64,000 bases of DNA from UHGV virus genome UHGV-1372970. One strand, written 5' to 3'. Position numbers and translations under genes: made by a program. This stretch comes from a virus. The first letter of the stretch is position 1. The number at the start of each line of letters is the position of its first letter. Positions 30,953 to 39,968 of the stretch are shown in pieces. The notes beneath the pieces were generated by a model that worked only from the letters and a program-made list of their open reading frames with translations, was not told the origin of the DNA and searched no databases.

Positions 30953-31261
30953 ATGAAGATGATTTATAAAGCTGTCGCAGTACCTCTTACTCTTTCCTGC
31001 CTCATGTTCGCCGCAACCTCATTCGCAAAGGAAGGTCCAAAAATGGCGCAGGTCCTCACGAATGTGTCCGCCACCATTTGCACGTCACCAGAGAAAAGAG
31101 AAGAGTGCTATGCGATGATCGCGGCCGTTGCGGAAATGTCGAGAGTGGTTGGGGAGACAGCAGCCAACTGCGGGGATGATGTAAGTAGTAAGGTTTGCAT
31201 CTACAACAAGACGGACTCTGTAATAATACAGAACTGGTACGATGGCAGCGCGAAAAAATAA
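30953..31261 (+). CDS. Small secreted protein.
   Basis: Signal peptide MKMIYKAVAVPLTLSCLMFAATSFA. Cysteine-containing mature part. Confidence 0.55.
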   Translation: MKMIYKAVAVPLTLSCLMFAATSFAKEGPKMAQVLTNVSATICTSPEKREECYAMIAAVAEMSRVVGETAANCGDDVSSKVCIYNKTDSVIIQNWYDGSAKK

Positions 31262-31569
31262 TATATAAGGTAATAATGCCGGCCTAGTGTCGGTATTATT
31301 ATATGCATCAGTTTTGACTAATTTAATTTAACCCCGACCGCACCACAGCTCATTATATATAAGGGTAAAAGCCCTAGCCTGTTATTTATTTAGGGAACAC
31401 CTTCCACGTAAACGCGTTTATTTCTAGGACTTTACTTTTTTGCGTTTTATTAAAAATAACGCTTGCGTAAATTTTCCGTATGTCGATAATGGAACCCAAC
31501 GAAACGACACGAACAAATAAACGTTTCGATTATGGCGAAAGCCAATACATTTAAATAAAGGAAAAAATT

Positions 31570-32214
31570 ATGTCACAGATTAAAAAAATCGACGTTCTGA
31601 ATGCTGCAATCATTGTATCAAAAGAATTGAGCGCAAACGCTGAAGCAATGGCTATCAAGTTTAACGAGCGTCTGAACGCTGGCATGGATACCAAAAAGGA
31701 CAAAGCGGATCTCCGTGCAGCACAGACCAAAAGCGCTTACTTTGACAATAACATCCTTTCAGCGATGAATGATGACAAACAGTGTGGCGTTTTCTACTTC
31801 TCTATTAAGATTGCTAAGAAAGATCCAGAGTTGTTTTTCCGCGAAACATTAGCGAATAGCTATGCACTCGAAAAGCTGGCGTATCTCATGTCCTCAATGG
31901 CTTCTGGTAAATGTGTGTTTAATAGTTCGCTTTCTACTAACTCTCGCGTTTTTGCAATGGTCGAGATTATCAAGAAAGATCCGACCACGTTTAGCAATGG
32001 GGAAGTATTTAAGTTAATGAATAAAGCTAAACAAGATAACGAGATGAAACCAGATGCGACATATACTCAAGCAAATCAGTTAATCAAATTGTTCCGTGAT
32101 CTGGGGATCGTAGAAGCAATCAAAGATGGCGGAAAATCTGAATTTGGAATGGCAAAATTTAAATTTATTAAAAATGATTTGTTTAATCATATAGCTACCA
32201 GCTTCAGCAAGTAA
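31570..32214 (+). CDS. Hypothetical protein with its own sigma70-like promoter.
   Basis: 214 aa. Upstream TTGCGT-N17-GATAAT at about 31455-31490. Confidence 0.55.
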   Translation: MSQIKKIDVLNAAIIVSKELSANAEAMAIKFNERLNAGMDTKKDKADLRAAQTKSAYFDNNILSAMNDDKQCGVFYFSIKIAKKDPELFFRETLANSYALEKLAYLMSSMASGKCVFNSSLSTNSRVFAMVEIIKKDPTTFSNGEVFKLMNKAKQDNEMKPDATYTQANQLIKLFRDLGIVEAIKDGGKSEFGMAKFKFIKNDLFNHIATSFSK

Positions 32215-32221
32215 CAAGACA

Positions 32222-32352
32222 AGCGCCCACTATGGGCGCTTTTTTGTTTCCGCTATAAAGCCACCAGCGCCCACTATGGGCGCTTTTTGCATTTCCAGTG
32301 ATCCAGACATGCCAGACCAAAGAAAAGCGCCCATAGTGGCGCTATTTTCGTT
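32222..32352 (+). terminator. Three tandem rho-independent terminator hairpins.
   Basis: AGCGCCCA-CTA-TGGGCGCT+T6 at 32222-32247. The same hairpin +T5 at about 32266-32292. A degenerate copy (GCGCC-CATAGT-GGCGC+ATTTT) at about 32327-32350. Confidence 0.8.
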
Positions 32353-32811
32353 ATACGTTAACCATTATCAGACACGACACAAAACAGGATGCGTCAGAGC
32401 GATTCTAAGCGCTCTTTTAATCCATTGGCAAGCAATCATATTACCAACATTAAAAATCGCTTAGGATGCGTTACAGAGCGTTTTAAAGTTTGTTAAGGCG
32501 AAAAATTTTTTCCCGTCACTAGTGCCATATAATAGCGATCTGTCTGAAGTGGTTTTCTGGCTATCTAGTGGTAAAGCGCTCCAGTGGTAAAGATGGCTTG
32601 AGACATTATCTCCCCATCCCTAAAATCGACGCCTTCCGAATACCTGACATGTACTAAGCCGGGACACCGGAGCGCCCCCGACGGTTCTGTATATGCAAAC
32701 CCAGCCGTATCCCGAAAAATTCACCTATATCGGCTTTTGACCGTTTCCCTTCGGTGAAGATGCAAACGCCGAAAGGGAGAAGACACAGCCCCCTCCCCTC
32801 TTCTTCTCGGT

Positions 32812-33300
32812 TTACTTTCCGGCAAGAATGATGATGTCGGACTTGAGCCGCGTTTTCCCCAGGACGCGCCCATTAAGGATGATTTTAAATTGGTCGTGAC
32901 CTGCTTCGTAAATAACGTTGGTGTACCTTTCGCTGTTCTCCACTGCGCGGACAGCTGCGCTTACCTGATAATCGCTATCCTGATGCGGTCTTGTCTCGGC
33001 CATCCAGCTTGCGATCTGGACAGCCATTTCAAAGCGGCGGCTCTCGCAGTCTCTGCCGTGTAATGGGAAGATGAAAGTACCGAACCCGGCTGACACGACG
33101 CGAGCGGCTTTAAAGGTTTGGGCATAACCATGTCCGTTTGCAAGATCCTGACGCAGAGACTCTCTTTCCCATTCCTGCAGTTGGCTTGTCACATCATCTT
33201 CGCCGTGCATTACGGTAATAAGTCGGTTGTGGATAGTATTGAACAGCGCGGTTGATTCCCCAAAACGAGTATTTACGGTCAGTAACTGGTTCATGTGCAT
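32812..33300 (-). CDS. Hypothetical protein.
   Basis: 162 aa. AAGGAA ribosome-binding site. Early promoter element upstream. Confidence 0.6.
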   Translation of the reverse strand: MHMNQLLTVNTRFGESTALFNTIHNRLITVMHGEDDVTSQLQEWERESLRQDLANGHGYAQTFKAARVVSAGFGTFIFPLHGRDCESRRFEMAVQIASWMAETRPHQDSDYQVSAAVRAVENSERYTNVIYEAGHDQFKIILNGRVLGKTRLKSDIIILAGK

Positions 33301-33351
33301 TCCTTAATTTGTTGTTTTGTTTTGATGGAATGATTATCGCAGTAGTGCCAA

Positions 33352-33376
33352 GGCAGAAAACAAATTGTTTAAGGCC
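33352..33376 (-). promoter_or_regulatory. Early promoter of the conserved family: (minus strand) CCTTAAACAAtTTGTTTTCTGCC - about 14 nt - TGcGATAAT.
   Basis: Palindrome core at 33358-33370. Extended -10 (TGcGATAAT) at about 33331-33340. AAGGAA ribosome-binding site and ATG at 33300. Confidence 0.65.
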
Positions 33377-33481
33377 ATTATAAAACAACAAAGGTGTTAT
33401 GCGGCAGCCGAAGAATAGCCGGAGGGTGACTAAGTGGTGTTTATACCGTGCGGTAGCCGAAGGATGGTTGAAGGGTACCTG

Positions 33482-33712
33482 TTATCGCAATAGCCAGTTA
33501 AGGCGCTTATTGAACTCTAAAATTTGCCTGGTCGTTAACTTTTTGGCCAGCATCCATTCATCTATCTCTTTCTGAATGGCTCGCTGGGCGTCAATTCGCT
33601 CGTCACTGAGGGACGGAAAAGAGAAAACAGATAGTCTGAAGCGTCCGGCGATGTACTGACAAAATTCTTCTTGCTCAGGTCGTGCGATTGGAGATGCGTT
33701 GTGAAAAATCAT
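33482..33712 (-). CDS. Hypothetical protein.
   Basis: 76 aa. Preceded by a terminator hairpin (33765-33785) and a TATAAT box. Confidence 0.45.
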   Translation of the reverse strand: MIFHNASPIARPEQEEFCQYIAGRFRLSVFSFPSLSDERIDAQRAIQKEIDEWMLAKKLTTRQILEFNKRLNWLLR

Positions 33713-33811
33713 CTTTGTTGCCGAAAATTAGTGATGAAGTCCGCAAATATTATAACTGTTTAAAAAATGTAAAAGCCACCAATACTGGTGGCTCAATAAA
33801 TAGCCTCTAGG

Positions 33812-34252
33812 TTAAGCGGCCGGCTCGGTGGCGGTTTCGGTGCCGTCGGCTTTCAGAACGTCTTCAGGTAACAGCTCGGTCAGCGCTTCGCCGGAATAAA
33901 TCTTCATACCGTAGACACCCATCCAGGTGCTGCCGGCAGCAAGGTTCCCATCGATGAAGTCCAGGACCTCAGAAATCAGGCTTTCGGTCAGAGTAACGGT
34001 GTCTTTGCGGAAGAATGCTTCTGCGGCCACCAGCAGCGCGTCGCCGCCGTCGTTAATCATCTGCTGCCCTACGGTGTAGACTTTCTGCTTATTGGAACGC
34101 AGAACGGTACGAGACAGCTGGGTAGACAGTTGAGTCGCCCCGGATTCATCACGCAACTGAATAGTCAGCGTAGCGATGCGATCGGCAGTCATAGGGTCAG
34201 TGTTAGATGCATAGAACAGGTCGTATACCAGATCGGTACGTTTTAGGCTCAT
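33812..34252 (-). CDS. Hypothetical protein.
   Basis: Start reassigned to MSLKRTD (strong GGAGGT ribosome-binding site). The listed upstream start is GTG. Confidence 0.55.
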   Translation of the reverse strand: MSLKRTDLVYDLFYASNTDPMTADRIATLTIQLRDESGATQLSTQLSRTVLRSNKQKVYTVGQQMINDGGDALLVAAEAFFRKDTVTLTESLISEVLDFIDGNLAAGSTWMGVYGMKIYSGEALTELLPEDVLKADGTETATEPAA

Positions 34253-34378
34253 AATTACCTCCATGTAGTTGAGCGGCACTAATCATATACTGGTAAGTAA
34301 ACACTTACAATACAGGCACAAAAAAGCCCCAAAAGGATGAAGGGGCTGTAGAAATTTTTGTGACTACTAAGCACATGA

Positions 34379-34708
34379 TTATGCGATAGCAGCAAGGGAC
34401 TCTCTTGAAATCTCTTTCTGAGCCATTTTGTTTGCATACAAGATGGCTGTCTCAAGCTGCGAAATTGGAAAGATACGCTGCACCGCTGACCATCCAGACT
34501 TCAGACCACTGCGACGCACGCTAACGACTACGCGATGAGATGAACCACTATCAAAGCTGACCGAGCACTCTTTAAATACGCGAATAGCAGTGCCATTTGC
34601 CAGGATGTCCAAAAGGGTCAAGCTCGACGTGTTTGTCTTGCGTGTTTCCTTGAACTCCGCGCGCTTGGCAATGTGATAAGCAGAGAATAAACGATCAGTG
34701 TTGTTCAT
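34379..34708 (-). CDS. Hypothetical protein.
   Basis: The listed TTG start lies inside the promoter palindrome. Start reassigned to MNNTDRLF. Confidence 0.5.
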   Translation of the reverse strand: MNNTDRLFSAYHIAKRAEFKETRKTNTSSLTLLDILANGTAIRVFKECSVSFDSGSSHRVVVSVRRSGLKSGWSAVQRIFPISQLETAILYANKMAQKEISRESLAAIA

Positions 34709-34876
34709 GGCTTCAATCTCGTTCCGTGTTTCGTTGAGAAGAATATTAACAGTGCTGATGAGGGTGAAAACAACTTGTTTAAGGCGATAAGAAAACAATA
34801 AAGGCGACTGAGCGTAGTAATTCGCCGCAGGTCTGGTGGGCTGAAAAGATAACGGATTGCTCCGCTATCTTTCTTA

Positions 34877-35239
34877 TTAGGCTGGGTCTAAATCCATGTA
34901 GAACGTCACGTCTTCCTCTTCGACCAGGCGAGCATCGTCTGGCAGTTTGTAAGCGAAATCACCAGATGCGCCATTGTCGTACTCTTCCGACATTCTCACG
35001 GCGTCCTTCGCTAGATAGTCAATGCTGGTGTCGAAGTCCACCAGGGCGAGCTTCTCTGTATTGAGTACGTGGACAGTGCCAAAATCGCCAGCGCCATACG
35101 TGTTGACCATCGCCAGCACGTTGGAAAGATCTGGTGCCACGTAAAATTCGTTCTGCCCTTCTACTGGCTCAGCGATGATCGCAGTAAAAGAAGTTTTGGC
35201 AGCGTTGCGAGTGGTGAAGTAGTGAAATCGTGTTGTCAT
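34877..35239 (-). CDS. Hypothetical protein.
   Basis: 120 aa. Early promoter upstream. Confidence 0.55.
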   Translation of the reverse strand: MTTRFHYFTTRNAAKTSFTAIIAEPVEGQNEFYVAPDLSNVLAMVNTYGAGDFGTVHVLNTEKLALVDFDTSIDYLAKDAVRMSEEYDNGASGDFAYKLPDDARLVEEEDVTFYMDLDPA

Positions 35240-35291
35240 TTTGTGTATTCCGTTGATTGTTCCGATGGATGTATTATCGCATCGTGAATCA

Positions 35292-35316
35292 GGCAGAAAA
35301 CAAATTGTTTAAGGCG
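35292..35316 (-). promoter_or_regulatory. Early promoter of the conserved family.
   Basis: Minus strand CCTTAAACAATTTGTTTTCTGCC...TGcGATAAT. Core at 35298-35310. Confidence 0.65.
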
Positions 35317-35391
35317 TTAAGAAAACAAACAAGGCGAGAAAACTGCCGTAGGGAACTTTCACACAAAAGCCACCGTAGCTGGTGGCATGTC

Positions 35392-35760
35392 TTACCTGAT
35401 AATCACAAAGTTGTGCCGGTGATTGCTTCCGCCGCAGTTGTCGCCGGTATAGCTCACCATCTCTTCGCCGGTCGTCATAATCATGATCTTCGCCTCAACA
35501 GATTTGTACCGGCCACAGAAGCGATCGAAGAAAGACAGGCTATTGGCCATATCAAGGCGAATGTCCGTTCGCAAGCGGCCGTTCTTTTTCAGCACTTCCC
35601 ACCCAGCGTCACTATTCCACCAGCTACAGAGTTTACGGGCCATCTCCGTCTTCTTATCCGCCGTCAGATTGCCGGTGTACGGAAACACGAACCGCAAATC
35701 GTTACAGGCGCCCATAACTGCCTTCGTTGGTTCCATAAGGGGCTTAATTTCCAGGCTCAT
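35392..35760 (-). CDS. Hypothetical Cys/His-containing protein.
   Basis: 122 aa. GGAGGA ribosome-binding site. TAATG overlap with the upstream gene. Confidence 0.55.
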   Translation of the reverse strand: MSLEIKPLMEPTKAVMGACNDLRFVFPYTGNLTADKKTEMARKLCSWWNSDAGWEVLKKNGRLRTDIRLDMANSLSFFDRFCGRYKSVEAKIMIMTTGEEMVSYTGDNCGGSNHRHNFVIIR

Positions 35761-35984
35761 TAGTCCTCCGGGAACTCTTTCGCGATTGCGGCGGCAACTT
35801 TTATCTTCTCTTCGTCAGTAAACGTCTCCCAGGCTACTTTGGCCAGAGGCGCGTTTTCTCCATCAGTTTCCGGTGTGATGAATGACCACAATTTACGGTA
35901 AAGATCCTCACCCACGCCGTCGATGCACTCGGCGACCTCATCGACAGTCCAGTAATTCAATAAATCAGGCATTTGGACGCTCAT
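35760..35984 (-). CDS. Hypothetical protein.
   Basis: 74 aa. GGGGGAG ribosome-binding site. Confidence 0.5.
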   Translation of the reverse strand: MSVQMPDLLNYWTVDEVAECIDGVGEDLYRKLWSFITPETDGENAPLAKVAWETFTDEEKIKVAAAIAKEFPED

Positions 35985-35992
35985 ATCTCCCC

Positions 35993-36211
35993 CTATACAA
36001 TCGACTCAGAAACAGAGCAGTTCCAGGCTAGTTCAAAACTCTCAGTCCCCACAGGCACCCCAAAGGCACCGGAGCAGTGGCCTTTGGCCAACATATCTGA
36101 CACCTTGGTAATAACTTCTGCCGAGCGAATCAAATTGCCTAGCGCCTCATCGTTGCGAAGGGTCATGCTATTGTCAGATAGCGTAATGCTGATATTTAAA
36201 TGCTTGTACAT
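35993..36211 (-). CDS. Hypothetical protein.
   Basis: 72 aa. Extended -10 (TGcAATAAT) and an AUAAGAAAACAA leader. Confidence 0.45.
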   Translation of the reverse strand: MYKHLNISITLSDNSMTLRNDEALGNLIRSAEVITKVSDMLAKGHCSGAFGVPVGTESFELAWNCSVSESIV

Positions 36212-36464
36212 GTGCTTTACTCAGTTGTTTTCTTATGTTGGTTATTATTGCAATAACCAGTAGGCGAAAAAGCACATTTAAAAGAGAAACGCGATAAAAT
36301 GGCCGGACTTAACTCATTGACACCCGTCGTTTTCCTGACAGAATGAATATCGCTGGTGGTATGACCGTATTTATACGAACCTATGCCTGGGTCGCCTCAT
36401 GCCACCAGCCGCCCAACTCCCGCGACCGCTCGGTTGACCTTTCATCAAGCAGCCTCGTCTATAC

Positions 36465-36550
36465 GGCAACCTCCCCGTTTCCCGACCGCAGGCTGTATCT
36501 GGCCGTTCCCCGTTTTGCCGCGGCTAAAGGCGACCGACCCGTTTCCTGGC
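36465..36550. repeat. Iteron array A: three CCCGTTT(C/T)C units at roughly 32-bp spacing.
   Basis: ctCCCCGTTTCCCGACCGC, ttCCCCGTTTTGCCGCGGC, gaCCCGTTTCCTGGCCGT. Confidence 0.6.
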
Positions 36551-36729
36551 CGTAGGGAGTTTGTGCGGCGCCAACGTTTTTGTAGGGCTGGGAAATTACA
36601 GCTTGAATTTATGCGAAGACGGAAGCGCGACTTTTTTTCTGACCCTACTTACACAAACACCTAAACACCCAAACCTCTTCCCTCTATAACGCCTTAATCC
36701 CAATACCCCAGAACTCTCTTAACGCTACC

Positions 36730-36803
36730 TTCCCAAAACGGTAAATGACCTTCCCAAACTGTCCCTTTCCTATTCCCAAACTGTTCTGGGTATCTTCCCA
36801 AAT
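36730..36803. repeat. Iteron array B: four TTCCCAAA units at 21-23-bp spacing.
   Basis: TTCCCAAA at 36730, 36751, 36773 and 36796. Confidence 0.7.
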
Positions 36804-37711
36804 TTCTTCTGACCTTCTCTATGGTGGATGTGTATCTGGGAGTGTTCTTCTCTACGGGATTTCCTTCTATCGCTTCCTATGGTGTGGTTGTTCTTTCTTG
36901 GTGGTTTCCTCTGGGTTGTTCTCTTATCCGGGATTCGTTCTACCTTGTGTAATGGCATATAGGCGAAGAGATTGTTTCGTCGTTTTGTTCTGGGAGATGG
37001 CAGGTAACCGACTGCTTGTTTTCTTGTGCTCTTAAACAAGTTGTTATCTGGGTGAATGTGTCGTTAAGCCTTGTCCTGGCTGCTTTCCGCAATTCTGGGG
37101 ATTTGAGGTTGCATTGCTATTGGGTGATGGCAGGTATGGGATTATCTCTTTATCGTTTCTCTCGTGTGCCTGGGGAACGCTGGATGTGTTTCCGTGACTG
37201 TTGGGGTTTGGCGGGTGCCCCAATGCCTGTGATAAGTCGAGTGGTGTTCTTGGGATTTTTGAGCCTCGCTTCCTTTGGTTGGTGGTATGCCGGTTCCGCT
37301 CTTTCAGTTATGATAGTGGGTTTTGCCTGAATGTATTGTTGGTGGTTCTTCCTCCCGATTTCGAGTTGATTGGCTTATCCTCGTATACGCTCTGTAATGC
37401 TCTCTAAGCAAATCTGATTTGTGGTGATGTGTTGGTGTGGCGTTTCCTGTTTAATCGAAGCCTGGGCGTTCTGGTGTAGTGTCGAGCGGGTATAAGAGTG
37501 GTTATGCTCAAATGTCAAAAAATGAGGGTAAAAATGGGTTTTGGTTTGACGTTACGTTGATCTGCAAACAAGTTGTTTTCTTATGGGTGTTATTGCTTTG
37601 TTTACAGCGGCGTTGCGGGTTGATGAGTGGTTGATTAGGTGGAAAAGTGATGATCAACCTCTCCTTATAGAAACTGCGAGAGGTTGACTGGTTACGTCAG
37701 TGAAAGGTCAA

Positions 37712-37981
37712 TCACTCTTTTGTGTCTGGGTACAGCCTATTTAATTCCTCTCTGACGTTCCCGAAACACTTCTGATCATTTGGTAGAGCTGCATCATCCA
37801 CGTTAGGGTCAGGTTTGAATTTTTCCTTGTACGCTTTATAAGCCTCTTGAACTTTTTGAGAAACTACAGCACCAGGGGCATGGGCGCATACATTCGTTAT
37901 CTGATCAGCGATTGAGCTTTCAGCCGCTGAAGCACTGAAGTTCGCCATAAATGCCAAAACAAGAATGCCTACTTTCTTCAT
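37712..37981 (-). CDS. Small secreted/periplasmic protein.
   Basis: Start reassigned to MKKVGILVLAFMANFSASAAE (signal peptide, TGGAG ribosome-binding site). Confidence 0.6.
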   Translation of the reverse strand: MKKVGILVLAFMANFSASAAESSIADQITNVCAHAPGAVVSQKVQEAYKAYKEKFKPDPNVDDAALPNDQKCFGNVREELNRLYPDTKE

Positions 37982-38032
37982 TACTAACTCCATTAGTGTG
38001 ATTCGAAGTGAGTGCAAATCGTCCCTTCAATG

Positions 38033-38413
38033 TTACTGCTTAACGATAGCAGAGGTGCAATCAAATACTGAAACCTTGTTCTCTTTTATCATATGAACGA
38101 GGTACGTTTTAGAAAATTCACCTAATCCCTTGGAGAAAACCAGCCCACCTGAAGGCTCGCTAGTAATCATCTTCTCACTGCGAAAAACAAGATCCCCACT
38201 GTAGAAATCTCCTGCGCTGCCTCGCACAATGAAACTACTTCCTTGGTCAACAATTGTGGCCTTATTTTGCATTACAGCACCATCGCCGAATTTAGCATTG
38301 CATCCAACATATGTAATGTGCTGGGTGTCTGACGGTCTTGTGCTACGACTTTCACTTGAACATCCCATTACTGAAAAACAGCATATGGACAAAAACAAAA
38401 GCTTACTTCTCAT
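38033..38413 (-). CDS. Lipoprotein.
   Basis: Start reassigned to MRSKLLFLSICCFSVMGCSSE (lipobox, AAGGGG ribosome-binding site). Confidence 0.6.
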   Translation of the reverse strand: MRSKLLFLSICCFSVMGCSSESRSTRPSDTQHITYVGCNAKFGDGAVMQNKATIVDQGSSFIVRGSAGDFYSGDLVFRSEKMITSEPSGGLVFSKGLGEFSKTYLVHMIKENKVSVFDCTSAIVKQ

Positions 38414-38435
38414 CGCCAACCCCTTTGTTCTGCAT

Positions 38436-38756
38436 TCACCAATCCCAAACTTGCAAGCCGTCAATCGTATCTGCGTCGCAGTCGAAATGCACGACCTCAA
38501 AATCAGCGTTCAGGACTTTCTCGATGTTCTCGATCGCCGACCAGCTAATACCTTCCTCGCGCAAAGACTCTTTCCATGCTTCAGCGTGAAGTCCGGCCCG
38601 GACAATCCAGCCATACTCTGTGCCGTGTACCCAATTCAGACCGCGATCTGTCAGTGGGTCAAAACTGATTTGAGGCAGTATCTCGGAGTCCGCTTGAGTA
38701 ACGTGGGCGGTGCTGATAACGGCGACTTTGTATGATTCAGTAATATTCAGGCTCAT
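38436..38756 (-). CDS. Hypothetical protein.
   Basis: 106 aa. Early promoter with TGaGATAAT. Confidence 0.55.
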   Translation of the reverse strand: MSLNITESYKVAVISTAHVTQADSEILPQISFDPLTDRGLNWVHGTEYGWIVRAGLHAEAWKESLREEGISWSAIENIEKVLNADFEVVHFDCDADTIDGLQVWDW

Positions 38757-38826
38757 GTGTTTTCTCTTTGTTGTTTTCTTAATGGTTTTATTATCTCAAC
38801 TTGCTATAGGCAGAAAACAAGTTGTT

Positions 38827-39054
38827 TTAGGCTTTGTTAAACTCTTTCAACCACTCGGCGGCTGCTTCGTGAACCATGCGTCCTTTTGCGATGGTCAATT
38901 CTGCCTGGGCCACTGTGATGCCGTAATCCTCTGCGAACGCAGCGACGGAAAGGTAGTTGTTCATCCAGTCACGGTAAAGTTCAGCGAGGTTCTCTGAGGT
39001 TACTTTTTCTGGGTGGGTCAAGCTGACTGTCAGGTATGTGTTGGAAGGGGTCAT
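38827..39054 (-). CDS. Hypothetical protein.
   Basis: Start reassigned to MTPSNTYL (AAAAGGAGAA ribosome-binding site). The listed GTG start lies in the promoter -10 region. Confidence 0.55.
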   Translation of the reverse strand: MTPSNTYLTVSLTHPEKVTSENLAELYRDWMNNYLSVAAFAEDYGITVAQAELTIAKGRMVHEAAAEWLKEFNKA

Positions 39055-39127
39055 GTTGGGTTCTCCTTTTCTGGTTGGCGTTATTATCACAAACCAGAAA
39101 AGGTAGAAAACAAATTGTTTAAGGTGA

Positions 39128-39739
39128 TTACTTAATGCTGTCCTCGTAGTTTTTTGCGTCTCTGGTTATTCCTGCCACTATCAACTTCTCAGGGCCGTTA
39201 GCGTAGATGCTCTTAGCCTTAACCAGCACATATACCTCATCTACATTGCCGTAAATTTCGTAATAGTCCATAGGGCAGTGGTTCTGTTCTAACCCTGCTT
39301 CTGGATTGTACGCTTTGCAGAAGCCTGGACTTGACTCGAAAGCGGCTTGATCTCTCACGCCAGCGCGAGTCGCCAGAGCTGGGCCATATTTACTTTTCAG
39401 CACATCCTGCACCTTCTTCATCTCATTCACACTCACATTGACGATGGAGTACGCAATTTTCCCGTCTAATGTGCTAAAGATGACTAAATCTGCGTCTTTC
39501 TCTTCCTTGAGGACTTTGCCTACGTATTCTGATGGTGCGTATAGATACTGAGAAAAACGATCCTTGGCTTTGACTGGTTTGTCCGTTGCCTTCCCGTCCT
39601 GATCAACCATCGTATAACCTGCCATATCTACCTGAGATGGTGTTTTGTTGAGCACCATCTCATATGGTTTAACGGCAACATCATTACAACCTGAAGCCAG
39701 AAAAAGTATTGCAACGATGCCAATGTTTTTAATTTTCAT
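39128..39739 (-). CDS. Lipoprotein.
   Basis: MKIKNIGIVAILFLASGCND lipobox. Confidence 0.65.
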   Translation of the reverse strand: MKIKNIGIVAILFLASGCNDVAVKPYEMVLNKTPSQVDMAGYTMVDQDGKATDKPVKAKDRFSQYLYAPSEYVGKVLKEEKDADLVIFSTLDGKIAYSIVNVSVNEMKKVQDVLKSKYGPALATRAGVRDQAAFESSPGFCKAYNPEAGLEQNHCPMDYYEIYGNVDEVYVLVKAKSIYANGPEKLIVAGITRDAKNYEDSIK

Positions 39740-39780
39740 TTCAATCTCTGATTAGTGGATTTTTTACAAGCCGTTTCATT

Positions 39781-39960
39781 CTAAACAATACGAAAGTGAA
39801 GATCTTCAATCAGCAGGCCACCGTGCTTCATCATGGTTCGTTTGCCCATGTATTGCTCTCTCACGCTTTCCCAATCGGGCCAGTCGGTTCGCTCCGTTGA
39901 CCATACGCCCCGATAGTCTGTGTGGATGGCGTTGTACTCCTTCAACGTTAACTCAATCAT
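39781..39960 (-). CDS. Small hypothetical protein (59 aa, below the ORF-track cutoff).
   Basis: ATG at 39960 with GAGG ribosome-binding site, 8 nt after the upstream stop. Translates cleanly to MIELTLKEYNAIHTDYRGVWSTERTDWPDWESVREQYMGKRTMMKHGGLLIEDLHFRIV. Confidence 0.4.
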   Translation of the reverse strand: MIELTLKEYNAIHTDYRGVWSTERTDWPDWESVREQYMGKRTMMKHGGLLIEDLHFRIV

Positions 39961-39968
39961 CTGCGCCT

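Larger units (their letters stand above)
36212..37710. other. Roughly 1.5-kb ORF-free, strongly strand-skewed region (top strand G+T-rich, very A-poor) containing two iteron arrays.
   Basis: Only short, hydrophobic, low-complexity plus-strand ORFs. No minus ORFs. Contains palindrome copies at about 37035 and 37566. Flanked by minus-strand genes. Confidence 0.7.

Noticed and set aside
36343-37407. Plus-strand ORFs of 68-104 aa in the non-coding region (36343..36555, 36745..37035, 37016..37330, 37201..37407).
   Set aside because: They are products of extreme G+T richness (Phe/Leu/Val/Cys/Trp/Gly-rich, no ribosome-binding sites, mutually overlapping). Their composition explains them better than coding does.
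36353-37420. A perfect Chi octamer GCTGGTGG at about 36353 and several one- or two-mismatch TGGTGG variants clustered on the top strand.
   Set aside because: One perfect Chi in 64 kb is about the random expectation. The variants follow from GT richness. There is no basis to claim a Chi cluster.
36212-37710. Idea that a leftward transcript here is a CsrB/RsmZ-like CsrA-sponge RNA (many GGA or AGGAA motifs).
   Set aside because: The GGA count is about what the A/C/G-rich composition predicts by chance. No repeated stem-loop-presented GGA units could be verified by eye. It is kept only as a hypothesis under the main finding.
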